From positions 1 through 51,705 of IMG/VR virus record IMGVR_UViG_3300048834_000253: DNA of 51,705 bases, one strand, 5' to 3'. The notes under the pieces are model-generated. The model was not told the origin of the DNA, made no database searches, and saw only the letters and a program-made list of their open reading frames with translations. Source of the DNA: a virus (Duplodnaviria > Caudoviricetes). Each line of letters opens with the position of its first letter. Within the stretch, counting starts at the first letter, position 1. The translations under genes were made by a program, and so were the position numbers. Shown here one piece after another: positions 16,601-24,530 of this stretch.

Positions 16601-19531
16601 GTCATCAAACTGGGCATTGGCTTCTGCTTGTGCAATTCGTTCAATGCCGTCTGCTGTGTACTGCGGGCGGGATATGCTCGTCTTGATGAGGGCATACGCA
16701 TCATTGAGCGTTGCGCCTTCCCCCAAATAGCCGTCAGCGATCAGCTTTTGGGTTGCCTGCTCCATCGACAAGCCACGGCCACGGCCCGCGAACAGGCGCC
16801 GGTTGCCAACGCGCGGGTTGTTGTCAATGCCCAGATCGGATGCCGCGATGGCGCTCAACCCGCCTTCTGCCGCGATGAACTCGTGCGCGGCCAGTGGGGC
16901 GCCTGCCGTGCCGGTTTTGGGCTGCGACAGTCGGCGTGCAGCTTTTGCCTCTGCTGCCAGTTGCGCGGGCGTTTTCTCGGCCAGGGCATACCCGCCTTCG
17001 ACCGGCACCACACGCATCATGGGCTGCAGCTTCTTGGCGTCGCCTGCTGCTTTGCGGGTCTTGAAGGGCTTCCCGCCTTCGCTCAGCGGCGTCTGTTCGC
17101 GCCCCAAGCGCACAGACGCCGCTATCGGCTGGCCCGCAGCTTGCGCCGCTCCTTGCGCGCTTGGCGTTTGGCTTGCTTGCGTTCCAGGTTGCGCAGGTTG
17201 GGGCACATTGGCGGGGACTCCTTGGGCGGTGGGCGGGCTGCTGAGACTGGCCAAATGCTGACCAATGGGGACAGCCTCGTATTTGGCAGTGTTGATTTTG
17301 TCGGCCACGGATTTTTGCGATGTTTCCATCACGACTGCCCCCGTGGATTTATCGCGAAGCACCCAGCTTGTCGCTGGTTGGCGCGTGGCGGGGTCGATGA
17401 CGGGCGCTGCACCTACCCCAGCGGCTTGAGTTGCGGCAACTCCCGCACCGGAAAGGTCGGCGGCAGGTACTGGCGCATTAACTCCCGCGACGTCAGCCGC
17501 TTGGGCACTGGTGGCTTTGGTCTGCTGCTGGGTGTCCGATGGCGTGCGTTGTGGTGCATTTGCTGCCTCCTGGGGTGAAGATCGGGCGCGCAAGGCTTGC
17601 AACTCGGCGGCCAGCCCGCCGGTCACCGGAACACTGCCGGGCTGCGCCTGTGGCGTGGTGCTTCGCTGAGTGAAGTCAGGCGCGCTGCGCGCACGCAGGG
17701 CCTCCAGTTCGACGGCAAGCCCGGTCGCTTGTGGTTGTGCTGCCTCGGCCTGCAGGATCTGGGCGGCAACATCGGTCTGGGCAGACTGCGGCGACTGGGG
17801 TGCAACCGGGGCCGACGGGACAATAGGGGCTTGGGGCGTCGTGGGTTGGTCTTCCACGCGCGGCGCCCGGCTGCCATACGCTTCCTGCATGCCAGCCACC
17901 TTGCCCATCACCAGACCGGCAGCCGCACCCTGCCCGTAGGCCTCGCCAGCCATCTCGGATAGATTGACCCGCTGGCCTGCGCGCGACAGTTCCAGACCCT
18001 TGGCAATCGCGCCGGTGCCCTCTTCGACGCCTTCCGACACAGACTCCAATGCACCCGCCTGGCTGCCCTTGACGATCAATTCGACCGCCTTGGAAACCAA
18101 CCCGCCCTCCATCCCCTTGCCCATGGGGCGCGTCAGCAGGGATGTGGACGCCACGGCAGCCTTTGCGGCCGCGCCCTTGAGCGACGGGGGCAAGAACATT
18201 TTTTCAATGGCATCACCGCCAGGAACCAGCTTCATCGACAGCACCGACGCGCCCGTAGCCATCAGCAGCGCCCGGTTCGCCGCAGCGCCCGCCAAAATCT
18301 CCTTGGCCTGCTGCGCGCCGTGCTGTGCCTCCAGGTCCTTCCATTCGGGCTCTGACTTGAACGCCTCCACCGGGAGCTTGCTCAGTTCCTCGTAGGTTTC
18401 GCTCGCCACCGATGCGCCCTGAATACCCGCAGCCGTACCCGTGGCCGTGGCGCGCGCCAGCACCCCGGCGCCATTCTTGGCCGTCACTGCAACGCGCGCT
18501 GCCAGCTCAGACCCCGTGCCCAGCGCCTTGGCAAACGCGGCATTACCAACCGCATTGGCTGCAGCACCCGCACCACGACCGACCACGCCCCCCGCAAACA
18601 TGCCCGGCGCACTGCGCGCCAGCGTGTCAAACAACAGCGTCGGGTCTTTCAGCGTCTCAATGCCGCCGACTGCCAGCTTTTCGCGCCACCCCTCGGCGGT
18701 ACTCAGTTTGTCCTGCAGGGCTTTCCCCCGCGCCTGAATCTCGGATGATTTCTGGTCTTGCAGGACGTCCTGCGTGCCACGGATGGCCTTCAGGTAGCCC
18801 GTGTCCCAATCGCCCGTCACTGCGGAATAGGCCACGCCCGGCAGGCTGCCAACATCCAGCAGGCCCTGCGCCAGCGATTTGGTGGTGTCTCCAAACGCCT
18901 CCCCCCATGTGCGCTCAGGGGTCGCCCCCGGCTGCGCCTTCGCCGCCTCGGGCGCTGCTGCATTCTTGGGCGGCAGCTCTACAGGCGGCATGGGCGCAGG
19001 CGCGCGCAACTTCAACTCGTCGGCCGCTGCAAACACGGTCTTGAGATAGCCCTGGGTTTCCTTGGGCGCGAGCGATTGCCAATCCTCGGCGTCGTAGGCC
19101 TTGCGGTTTTCGCCCCAGTTGTAGGCCGCCACAGCCTTGCCGTAGTCGCCGCCGAACTTCTCCAGATTAGCGCGCATGTAGGCCGCAGCCCCGAAAATGC
19201 TCTCCACCGGGTCCAGCGGATTGATGCCAAAGCGCTCGGCCGTGCCGGGCATGAACTGCATCAAGCCTGCTGCACCAGTGCGGCTCTTGACCTGGCCGCT
19301 GATCACGTCGGGGCGAAACCGGCTTTCGGCAAACGCCATGGCCCGCAGCACGTCGGGGTCAACCCCGTATTCATCACCAGCCGCCTGAAAAGCTGCGTCG
19401 AACTCCTGGGGAACGGCAAAGCGCGAACCTGCTGGCGCTGGCTCAAACGCCAAAGGCTCCCGCTCAGGTGCCGATTCATCCGGCAGGGCGTCAAGGTCGA
19501 TGCCGCGAGAGGCAAGCTGGAAGAGATTCAT
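10613..19531 (-). CDS. Giant polyvalent internal-virion/ejection protein, 2972 aa (SLT, ART-like, zincin, LPD38-like)
   Basis: AESRF..GAAGLMQFMPGTA..AAYNWG (SLT); YRA..WVTPS..EFGYD (ART-like); MHEVGIH..EEAAAY (HExxH-type); DFNRKG..FFNASVQG..IPL.FG C-terminus (LPD38-like). Confidence 0.9.
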   Translation of the reverse strand: MNLFQLASRGIDLDALPDESAPEREPLAFEPAPAGSRFAVPQEFDAAFQAAGDEYGVDPDVLRAMAFAESRFRPDVISGQVKSRTGAAGLMQFMPGTAERFGINPLDPVESIFGAAAYMRANLEKFGGDYGKAVAAYNWGENRKAYDAEDWQSLAPKETQGYLKTVFAAADELKLRAPAPMPPVELPPKNAAAPEAAKAQPGATPERTWGEAFGDTTKSLAQGLLDVGSLPGVAYSAVTGDWDTGYLKAIRGTQDVLQDQKSSEIQARGKALQDKLSTAEGWREKLAVGGIETLKDPTLLFDTLARSAPGMFAGGVVGRGAGAAANAVGNAAFAKALGTGSELAARVAVTAKNGAGVLARATATGTAAGIQGASVASETYEELSKLPVEAFKSEPEWKDLEAQHGAQQAKEILAGAAANRALLMATGASVLSMKLVPGGDAIEKMFLPPSLKGAAAKAAVASTSLLTRPMGKGMEGGLVSKAVELIVKGSQAGALESVSEGVEEGTGAIAKGLELSRAGQRVNLSEMAGEAYGQGAAAGLVMGKVAGMQEAYGSRAPRVEDQPTTPQAPIVPSAPVAPQSPQSAQTDVAAQILQAEAAQPQATGLAVELEALRARSAPDFTQRSTTPQAQPGSVPVTGGLAAELQALRARSSPQEAANAPQRTPSDTQQQTKATSAQAADVAGVNAPVPAADLSGAGVAATQAAGVGAAPVIDPATRQPATSWVLRDKSTGAVVMETSQKSVADKINTAKYEAVPIGQHLASLSSPPTAQGVPANVPQPAQPGTQASQTPSAQGAAQAAGQPIAASVRLGREQTPLSEGGKPFKTRKAAGDAKKLQPMMRVVPVEGGYALAEKTPAQLAAEAKAARRLSQPKTGTAGAPLAAHEFIAAEGGLSAIAASDLGIDNNPRVGNRRLFAGRGRGLSMEQATQKLIADGYLGEGATLNDAYALIKTSISRPQYTADGIERIAQAEANAQFDDYLAAQEESASDGDPWSDTQPVALDDFSDDMLESSGYDAAPDAIKAEVRALLEMANALGIDAESIMLDAHEQTINATEQDYYAAAKSALETAITRSNGDRRTPAGSEGQSQSGAATGPAAQGLNQPVALDQQAQAATENVAPEPLELASQTPAEAAALQESQEQAAKAEAAAKRAADVQASKDEDRKRIAQASVRAADEFELGQDPLDSLTGQGGMFDAPARQQEAQLPASGKVIAREMVKSDMTKRQEATPYARYASGEYIVTVEDFGGDRIGAQLYSVIRSRGTTSIERAPTEMLEHVAFDKINQKAIALYNATMADRGQGGLMFSRKAKPNKDAEYLAAVERGDMATAQRLVNEAAAEAGYVGSDYRMQHEAPSAENDGVRLDELRDNGLVPDDYWTHPQWYVSTPEEAAAHRAVVAAMRSADARKAAGKSPGSVAMVVYRAIPKTVKDGAIRNGDWVTPSLEYAKLEGESIPGGYRIISLPASAKNLYWDGNSVAEFGYDDGQSYGYKNTKNNRKLLDAVTHDDDGAVIPLSQRFNARNGDVRFSRAQPAISSAAAAMEEASRRADALYDAEPGTVTPEEFSAVGDARRAAEAAMLDALAQLPDSGFAVEARTSDGRMLIVTPSASEQGRWQLTRFGKDGEPWGDTRFDTKRQALQYLVDEAVPSSIKPAGAAMSRTVQPMRTPAAAIRAAITKAYGKLLGQLEAKGLVTLTQTQEQAIEAAARARADKTGGDAEAIRQSLLSATQSDTADSLDIKRSADGAIEGFFDPQTGQSFLIADNLTAESAPGTLMHEVGIHMAADSKLQPLFERAAQLLSADRGNAFIQRVQARMDRSGETSGEEAAAYIVTEYENDRANSPPSVAKWVQDFTAAVRAWLFGKGVLLKADQLTVADIAAVARANARSMARGAGWLNYAQAELEKVNERIPVFKFLEIDPATGDVYSRGGTVLEPEGQRLGDGAPVDGRIGANESGGIGAGNLAELEMRLAAGKKNPRRFDGREQDVVGTPARDADAVGNGAAIQGNRLSDSELARYLASTRGGFEAHGVGVSTLKRALITRDHAGTDVPGLLYSKAGNNPPPIPTNAQAGLFAPSNPWELPQATRTDKLIYELQDGRIDLKRVQEAIAATGKQITEGFDARLAETLMPGRIARRTESFLSAEVKPLLESMAKNNVSQDELSDYLLARHAPERNAQIAKVNDEMPDGGAGTNSQGVLMTTQAARDHIAALTQGKRLVLELLAKRVDDLTLGTREVLVREGLEKQETVDAWTGAYKHYVPLFKDEAMETPGHPIGAGVSVTGTASKRATGSTGEVTNMLAHILMQREAAITRAEKNRVAMSLYGLALTNPNAEMWTTIRPSMPSDQIANELVRMGVDPMEAEVGMQGVPTIRGVEPVSGKVVDRPNPMYKRLDNSLVVKVNGEDRVILFNASNERAVRLVRNLKNQDGVLGQLDLAGSIVGKATRYFASINTQYNPAFGMVNIVRDVGGAMVNLTDTALAGKQARVLSDSIPAMIGIARDLRGDAQRTPWSDLWQQFQDDGGRTGYRDLFIDPYKRADAVQSELDKLGKDGKLTPGAAAHAVLDLLDDFNTTLENGVRLSAYKAALDKGMSRAESARMARELTLDFNRKGRAGREMGPLFAFFNASVQGTARTLKALQGPAGKRILIGGLSLGVIQALLLSMAGYEDDEIPEFVKARAFIIPLAGKQYITIPLQFGLNALPNTGRVVTELLMSGGKDWGEKSFNALGELAGSFNPLGGGNIFTGAGALKTISPTVIDPIVDMATNTDFTGKPIGKERMPWDTRPGFTMGREGTQRSFTGQAYIGISKAINSLTGGNDFAQGLASPSPEEVRYVFTTVGGGVFRELEKILNASVLTAQGEGLKAREVPLGSRFAGEVEDQDLQRSRFFKNSSKIEKLEAQLKGLSKEGRGDEVRKLIDDNPLVKLYELNDEVRSNVTKLNKLASESINDKEALKRIDAARTTYMRALNDKVMEMEKSAN
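13429..13827 (-). CDS. Nested +1-frame ORF, 132 aa, inside the giant gene
   Basis: GGAG-7 nt-ATG. The host frame loses its GC3 bias here (AGA, CGA, GGA, AAT codons). Confidence 0.55.
   Translation of the reverse strand: MSASLYSNSLKLTPPRGTFTPEAAPYWSQRGKDWATAHPWMAELVQMNREESALVISQNLKCDLQQARKIHDDLTGVNKMLWAHQPETLTPWAMEPPFRAIACRIPNLHVISPALAEALRRMESESQPSNAH
16234..16359 (-). CDS. Nested +1-frame ORF, 41 aa (MQPQNPPLRQPSPEAMEIVARLLAAKAKAKAEQQQAPQPKG)
   Basis: AGGA-5 nt-ATG in a low-complexity linker of the giant gene. Confidence 0.4.
   Translation of the reverse strand: MQPQNPPLRQPSPEAMEIVARLLAAKAKAKAEQQQAPQPKG
17122..17208 (-). CDS. Nested +1-frame ORF, 28 aa, basic (MCPNLRNLERKQAKRQARKERRKLRASR)
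   Basis: AAGGAG-9 nt-ATG. Uses preferred codons CTG/CGC/AAG. Confidence 0.5.
   Translation of the reverse strand: MCPNLRNLERKQAKRQARKERRKLRASR
17413..17559 (-). CDS. Nested +1-frame ORF, 48 aa (MHHNARHRTPSSRPKPPVPKRLTSRELMRQYLPPTFPVRELPQLKPLG)
   Basis: Perfect AGGAGG-6 nt-ATG. Confidence 0.45.
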   Translation of the reverse strand: MHHNARHRTPSSRPKPPVPKRLTSRELMRQYLPPTFPVRELPQLKPLG

Positions 19532-19564
19532 GCAGAGGCCCGGGTTGATGGTGGCGCGTGTGCC

Positions 19565-19610
19565 ACTGTCGCCCGTTGCCCCTGTTTGTCACAGATCAGG
19601 CATATATGCC
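19565..19610 (-). promoter_or_regulatory. Putative late promoter 2 (giant gene)
   Basis: GGCATATATGCC at 19599-19610, 28-nt spacer, then GACAGT. Confidence 0.7.
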
Positions 19611-19614
19611 GGAA

Positions 19615-20646
19615 TCACCGGGCCGTCACAGAACCCGGCTGGTACTTGAATGCCCGTGCAGCTTCGGATGGCTTGCGCGGCGCGAAGGGCGCGGGCGGCA
19701 ATTGGCGGGAATCTCCTGCTGCTGCAGGCGAATTGCCCACCCAGCGCTCTGAATCCAAGGCGTCGAGTTGGGCCTGCAGGCGGCCTACCGTTGCGGCTTT
19801 CTCGGCCTTGGCGCTTGGGTTCAGCATGTCCTCTTTTGCCCCCTGCGCTTTCAACAACAAGTCCTGCAGCTTGCGCCGTTCTGCTGATTTGCGGTTTGCA
19901 TCGGCGTTGGAGTCCGTCGCTGCAGTGCGTTCGCGCGTGGCGTCAATGCGCTCCCGGGCCAGGTCGTTCTTGGCCGTCTCATCCTTGGGGCTGCTGTACT
20001 GGCTGAACCCGGTAGCAGCTTCTGCCAGCGATCCGCCGCGCTTGAGCGTATCGCCAGCCACGGCCTGGCCGAAGTCGTTCAGCCCGAACTGCCGCTCTGC
20101 CTTGGCGAAATCATCGGTCTTGGCCGGGTCGAGTGCCAAAGCGTACAAACGCTGCAGCGCCTGACGGCCCTTGTCGGCGTCGTAGGCTGCACGCTCTACC
20201 GTTGCCGTGGGCGGTGGGGCGTCCATTTCCCCGGCCCGGTCGTACCGCGCGAAGTCGCCCGCCGTCGCGTTGGTGGTGCTGGTCATCGGACGGCCATACA
20301 TCTGCTCCGAAAGCAGCCCAGCCACGTCATCACCGCCGAACGTGCGCGCCAGGCGCACCACCTGCTGCTGTTCTTCGGGCGTCTTGGCTTGCATCATCAT
20401 CTCGGCCAGGTTGATGCCATCACCACCGCCACGGCGCCCACCAGACGGCCCCTTCAGCGCCTGTAACTGCTCGGCCTGCATCATCCGGTCTTCTGACCGC
20501 TGACGCTGTAGTTCAAGGTTCTGCTGATGGCGCTCTTGGGCCAGCATGCGTTTCTCGGCCAATCGTTCCTCGTCAGCCCCCATGGACGCCATGCCAGCGC
20601 CCACACCAGACATAGCCCCTCCGAGCAGTGCGCCAAAAAAGCTCAT
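19615..20646 (-). CDS. Internal virion/ejection protein, 343 aa
   Basis: Gly-rich amphipathic N-terminus plus coiled coils, in the ejection block. Confidence 0.65.
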   Translation of the reverse strand: MSFFGALLGGAMSGVGAGMASMGADEERLAEKRMLAQERHQQNLELQRQRSEDRMMQAEQLQALKGPSGGRRGGGDGINLAEMMMQAKTPEEQQQVVRLARTFGGDDVAGLLSEQMYGRPMTSTTNATAGDFARYDRAGEMDAPPPTATVERAAYDADKGRQALQRLYALALDPAKTDDFAKAERQFGLNDFGQAVAGDTLKRGGSLAEAATGFSQYSSPKDETAKNDLARERIDATRERTAATDSNADANRKSAERRKLQDLLLKAQGAKEDMLNPSAKAEKAATVGRLQAQLDALDSERWVGNSPAAAGDSRQLPPAPFAPRKPSEAARAFKYQPGSVTAR

Positions 20647-21170
20647 TGCACACCTCCTTGCTGCGCCATCTGCGCCAGGTTCACGCCTTCCGGCTCGGCT
20701 TGTGTTGCGTCAGGCTGCATCTGCTCGGGCGAGATCAAACCCTCGTCCGCGTCCATGCGCAGGTACTCGGCAATCGACTGCTGCATCACGTCTTGTAGGA
20801 AGGATTCCAGTTTGTCATCCGGCACAACGCCCGCCTCATTGGCGATACCGGCCACGTCCTTGACCAGTTGAATGCCTGCATGGATGAGCACGGCAGGGTC
20901 AACCGGCTGACCTGCCTGCTCGGACTGCTGGGCCAGGTGGCGCAAGGTCTGCGTGCCGAACTTGACCGCCGTGGTTACGGGGTCGAGTTTGAGGGCCTGC
21001 ATCCATTCCTCGGCAGTTTCGCCCATGATCTGGCGCGCACGCCCGAGAAGCATGTCGAACTGCGCCTGCTGCTCAGGACTGGCGGGCTGCTTTGCGGCCT
21101 GCTCTGTTTGGCCCGGCGCCATGGCTGGGTCTTGTGGCTCGCCCTGTTGGGCCAATTCGTTCAGGTTCAT
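20643..21170 (-). CDS. Hypothetical virion-module protein, 175 aa
   Basis: Gln/Ala-rich ORF translationally coupled to its neighbour. Confidence 0.7.
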   Translation of the reverse strand: MNLNELAQQGEPQDPAMAPGQTEQAAKQPASPEQQAQFDMLLGRARQIMGETAEEWMQALKLDPVTTAVKFGTQTLRHLAQQSEQAGQPVDPAVLIHAGIQLVKDVAGIANEAGVVPDDKLESFLQDVMQQSIAEYLRMDADEGLISPEQMQPDATQAEPEGVNLAQMAQQGGVQ

Positions 21171-21179
21171 CGTTGCCCC

Positions 21180-22112
21180 TTATTGCACGACACGGAAATT
21201 GCCCGTGGCGGTGTAGCGTTTCTTCTGCCAGTCGAGTGCTTCCTGCTGGGCCTTGTTTGCCTGGGCCGCAGTCAGACCTTGACCAAGCCCCTGAATGGCA
21301 AGGCCCATGGCTTTCTCGTTGTTCAGCAGCTTGTCGAAGAAGCTGCCAGCCTTGGCGCCGAAACCAGCGGGCGCCTGGGGCTGCAAGCTCGAAGGCGGCC
21401 TAACTCCGAGTCCGCTGCTGGACACGGGGGCCGATGCGTTGCCCTGCGGAGCCAGCGAATATTTATTGCTCGCCGCGTTTGCTCCAGCAGCATCAACGCC
21501 AGCGGCGCCGGGCTGCGGTGCTGCAGCCTGCTGGAGTCCTTCGGTCGCAGATGGCGCGGTTGCCGTGACCTTGGAGTCAACACCCAGCGGCTTTCCGGGG
21601 TTGATCAAGTCCGTTCCCGCGCTTGCATCAGGCGCCATGGCGCCCATCTCCACGCTGTTCATCCCGCCGTCCGGCACGTATTGTTTGGCGCCGGACAAAC
21701 CGTTGCTCGAAAGGGTGTCGATCACATTGCCTGCCGTGCCGGGCGCGTTGTAGATGCCGCCAAAGCCATCAGAGGCAAGTCCGCCACCGGCTGCGCTGTT
21801 TGCGGCTGAGAACGCATCACTTGCGGCGTCCATGCCGTTGACGGATCCAGCAGACGATGGATCAATGGCCGACGCTGCGCCGCCTGCATCAGCACCACCA
21901 CCAATATCAAACCCGCCGTTGAACATGGCATAGCCAGCCCCGGCGATGTTGGCGAATTTCACCAAGTCATCTCCGAACACCTTGGAGGCGGCCTTGTTGA
22001 TCTTGTCGTTGACGCCGGTCACCTGGAAAACAACCGAGGCGATGGTTCCGACCATTGTGGCGCTGAGACCTACGGCAGCTCCGATGGCTGCGCTGGCGCC
22101 CGTGGCCGACAT
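21180..22112 (-). CDS. Ejection (pilot-like) protein; may start at an in-frame ATC at 22136
   Basis: Hydrophobic Gly/Ala N-terminus. The GAGGAG SD aligns with ATC at 22136, not with ATG at 22112. Confidence 0.7.
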   Translation of the reverse strand: MSATGASAAIGAAVGLSATMVGTIASVVFQVTGVNDKINKAASKVFGDDLVKFANIAGAGYAMFNGGFDIGGGADAGGAASAIDPSSAGSVNGMDAASDAFSAANSAAGGGLASDGFGGIYNAPGTAGNVIDTLSSNGLSGAKQYVPDGGMNSVEMGAMAPDASAGTDLINPGKPLGVDSKVTATAPSATEGLQQAAAPQPGAAGVDAAGANAASNKYSLAPQGNASAPVSSSGLGVRPPSSLQPQAPAGFGAKAGSFFDKLLNNEKAMGLAIQGLGQGLTAAQANKAQQEALDWQKKRYTATGNFRVVQ

Positions 22113-22146
22113 GAGGAATGGGATTGCGATGGCGATGATGTTCTCC

Positions 22147-22587
22147 TCAGAGCGCCGTCACATAGGACGCGCCCAAATGCCCGAACCCCTTGCGGGCCAT
22201 GGCCTTGTTGAAACGCTCAGGGGAATTGATCCCCGCATAGTTGTGCACCACCAATTCAACGGCGCGCATTTTCCGTGACCAGTCCTTGAGTGCGTCCAGC
22301 AGCTTCAGCCCGGCGCCGTCTTCGGCGTACCAAAGCAGCTCGTAGGCCGTCGTGTAGCGGTTGAACAGATTGGATTGGGTGATGCCGACGATCATTCCGC
22401 CTACATTCCCGCCTGTCTCGCTCACAAACACACCGGACGTCAGGCCGTGCACCGCGCCAAGGAAGGATGCATGCACCTTTTCTGCATCGAACGGCTGCCG
22501 GGCAAAGCGGCTGCGGCCATGCTCGCGCTTCGCCAAAGCACACAGCGCTGGCACGTCCTCGCGTGTGGCGCGGCGAATCGTTGTCAT
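22147..22587 (-). CDS. GNAT-fold acetyltransferase
   Basis: IRRATREDVPAL, ELLWY and G..LL..L..W motifs; usual position beside podovirus ejection genes. Confidence 0.8.
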   Translation of the reverse strand: MTTIRRATREDVPALCALAKREHGRSRFARQPFDAEKVHASFLGAVHGLTSGVFVSETGGNVGGMIVGITQSNLFNRYTTAYELLWYAEDGAGLKLLDALKDWSRKMRAVELVVHNYAGINSPERFNKAMARKGFGHLGASYVTAL

Positions 22588-24530
22588 GCGAAACCTGACG
22601 TGCCAGCGGCGGCGGGAGTTGTGCTTGCATCAGCCTCTGCTTTCTTGACTGGGACTCTGATGTCAATGAGCCAAGTTGCCGGGTCATAGCCCAGCTTGGT
22701 CGCTGCCGACGTGATCATGGGGTTGTAGGTCGCTGCCAAGTCCATCACCGCCTTGTCGGCCTTTTCTGGCGACAGGTCGCTGGTGTTGATGCGGAAAACC
22801 TTGTCCGCGTACTCGCTGCGCAGGGCGTTGAGGTTTGCAACATTGTCCGATTGCGTTTGTGCGTCGATCTGTATGCGCTGGCGCTCTACCGACGAGTCCA
22901 TTTGCGCTAGCCGCAAGCGCAGGGCCGATTCTTTATCGTCACGGATGGTCTGCTGCTGCGCGGCGAACTGATCGCGGGCGCTGGTGTAGCCGTTCTGGAT
23001 GGCGTCTCGCTCCAGCGTCAGTTGCTGCTGGCGGTCGAGCATCTTGTACTCGCGCTCGAACTGCTGCTGCGCTGCCCAGTCGTTGGCCTGCACATTGAAA
23101 TCGGCCATGTACGCATCGCGCACAAATTGATTGTTGTCGCGCGAGAACGTGTTCTTGGTGTTGGAGTTGAACTCGCCAGCTCGGGCGTAGGTGCTGGCGT
23201 CCTGGGTGGCAATCGGCATGGCCGCGTCATACATCGCAGAGTCTGCCGCTGTCATGGCCATGCTGCTGTTGAGCAAGCCCCGGCTGTTGGCCGTCTGCAA
23301 TGCCCTGGTGCGCGCCTGCTGCATCAGTGGGCTATCGTCGGCGATGATTTGCTGCAACTGGCTGCGCACCGTTTCGTTTGGCTGCACATCCCATCCGGTA
23401 GGATTCTGTAGTTGCGATAGGTTGATGCCAGTCGTTGGCATGCCAAAAGGCCCACCGCCACCGAAGCCGCCCCCGCCAGCGCCACCGGAGCCGCCTCCAT
23501 ACCCCCCGGCGCCACCCCCGGCGCCGCCAGCATAGCCACCGCCCGATGCATCGCCTGCGACGCCAGCCCCGCCCATATTCCACCCAGCGTAGTTTTTGGA
23601 CACTGCCTGGCTGGCAATCCCGGCCATTCGCGGGTCGGCGGCAATCGCTGCATACGCCGCATTCAACGCGCGCGCCGGGTCGGGCGAAGCCATCACCTTA
23701 TCCCAATCCACCAGCGCAGCGCCTGCCGAGCCAAGCCCGGTCGAACTCAGCGCCCCGCTCGCCGCCTCAAAGCTGAGGCCGGTCTTGTCCATGAACTCCT
23801 TGATGGTCGGAGTGCTTGCGCCAAAAAACGGGCTGGCGTCTTTGGTGGGGTCCAGCCCTTGGCGCAGCATCCCGGCATCCGCCGCGCTGGCATACAGCGG
23901 CTTGTAGTTGTTGGCCGAGTGCCAGTAATTGGCCGCCTGTGGGTTGCCCGCCTGCTGCATCTGCGCGGCTGCAGCCTTCAGGCTGGCCGGGTCCACGCCG
24001 AGACGGTCCAAGGTGGACCAGTCCGAACCAATGAGCCCGCCATTGTTCCACTGCGTCAGATTGACGCCGTTCTTGTCCCGTATGACCATCGAGCCCGTCT
24101 GGGGGTCATACGTTGCCGCAGATCGATACACAGCATCCGCAGGTGCAGCCGTGCGCCCGGCCTCGTTCAACCGCTTTTGCATGTCGTCGTTGTACGACTT
24201 GTAGGCCATGTAATTCGGGTCTGCAGCGCCCTCGCCGGGGTACAGGCCGATGCCTGTTCCGTAGCCCTGCCCGGCCGCAGTGAGCTGCTCCGCCGTGCGG
24301 CCATAGAGCTGCTGCGCACTGTTGGCGACCTGTTGCTGCTGCTGCGTCTGCGTGCCGGTGAGGGTCGGGTAATTGGTCGGACGCGCGGAAATCTCGGCGG
24401 CGGCGGCGGTTTGGAATGCAGACCGCCAGTTGTCGCCCTGGTTCATCCAGTAGCCGAGACTCCCATCCGAGTCCACATCGCGGCCCAGCGTGGTCTTGTA
24501 GGCGTCGCGGATTTGCTGTTCCAGGCTCAT
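22584..24530 (-). CDS. Internal virion protein, 648 aa
   Basis: N-terminal Y...LGR..D..G..YW motif, Gly-rich linker and TV..QL..II..DSPLMQQA...RGLLNSS block. Confidence 0.7.
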   Translation of the reverse strand: MSLEQQIRDAYKTTLGRDVDSDGSLGYWMNQGDNWRSAFQTAAAAEISARPTNYPTLTGTQTQQQQQVANSAQQLYGRTAEQLTAAGQGYGTGIGLYPGEGAADPNYMAYKSYNDDMQKRLNEAGRTAAPADAVYRSAATYDPQTGSMVIRDKNGVNLTQWNNGGLIGSDWSTLDRLGVDPASLKAAAAQMQQAGNPQAANYWHSANNYKPLYASAADAGMLRQGLDPTKDASPFFGASTPTIKEFMDKTGLSFEAASGALSSTGLGSAGAALVDWDKVMASPDPARALNAAYAAIAADPRMAGIASQAVSKNYAGWNMGGAGVAGDASGGGYAGGAGGGAGGYGGGSGGAGGGGFGGGGPFGMPTTGINLSQLQNPTGWDVQPNETVRSQLQQIIADDSPLMQQARTRALQTANSRGLLNSSMAMTAADSAMYDAAMPIATQDASTYARAGEFNSNTKNTFSRDNNQFVRDAYMADFNVQANDWAAQQQFEREYKMLDRQQQLTLERDAIQNGYTSARDQFAAQQQTIRDDKESALRLRLAQMDSSVERQRIQIDAQTQSDNVANLNALRSEYADKVFRINTSDLSPEKADKAVMDLAATYNPMITSAATKLGYDPATWLIDIRVPVKKAEADASTTPAAAGTSGFA

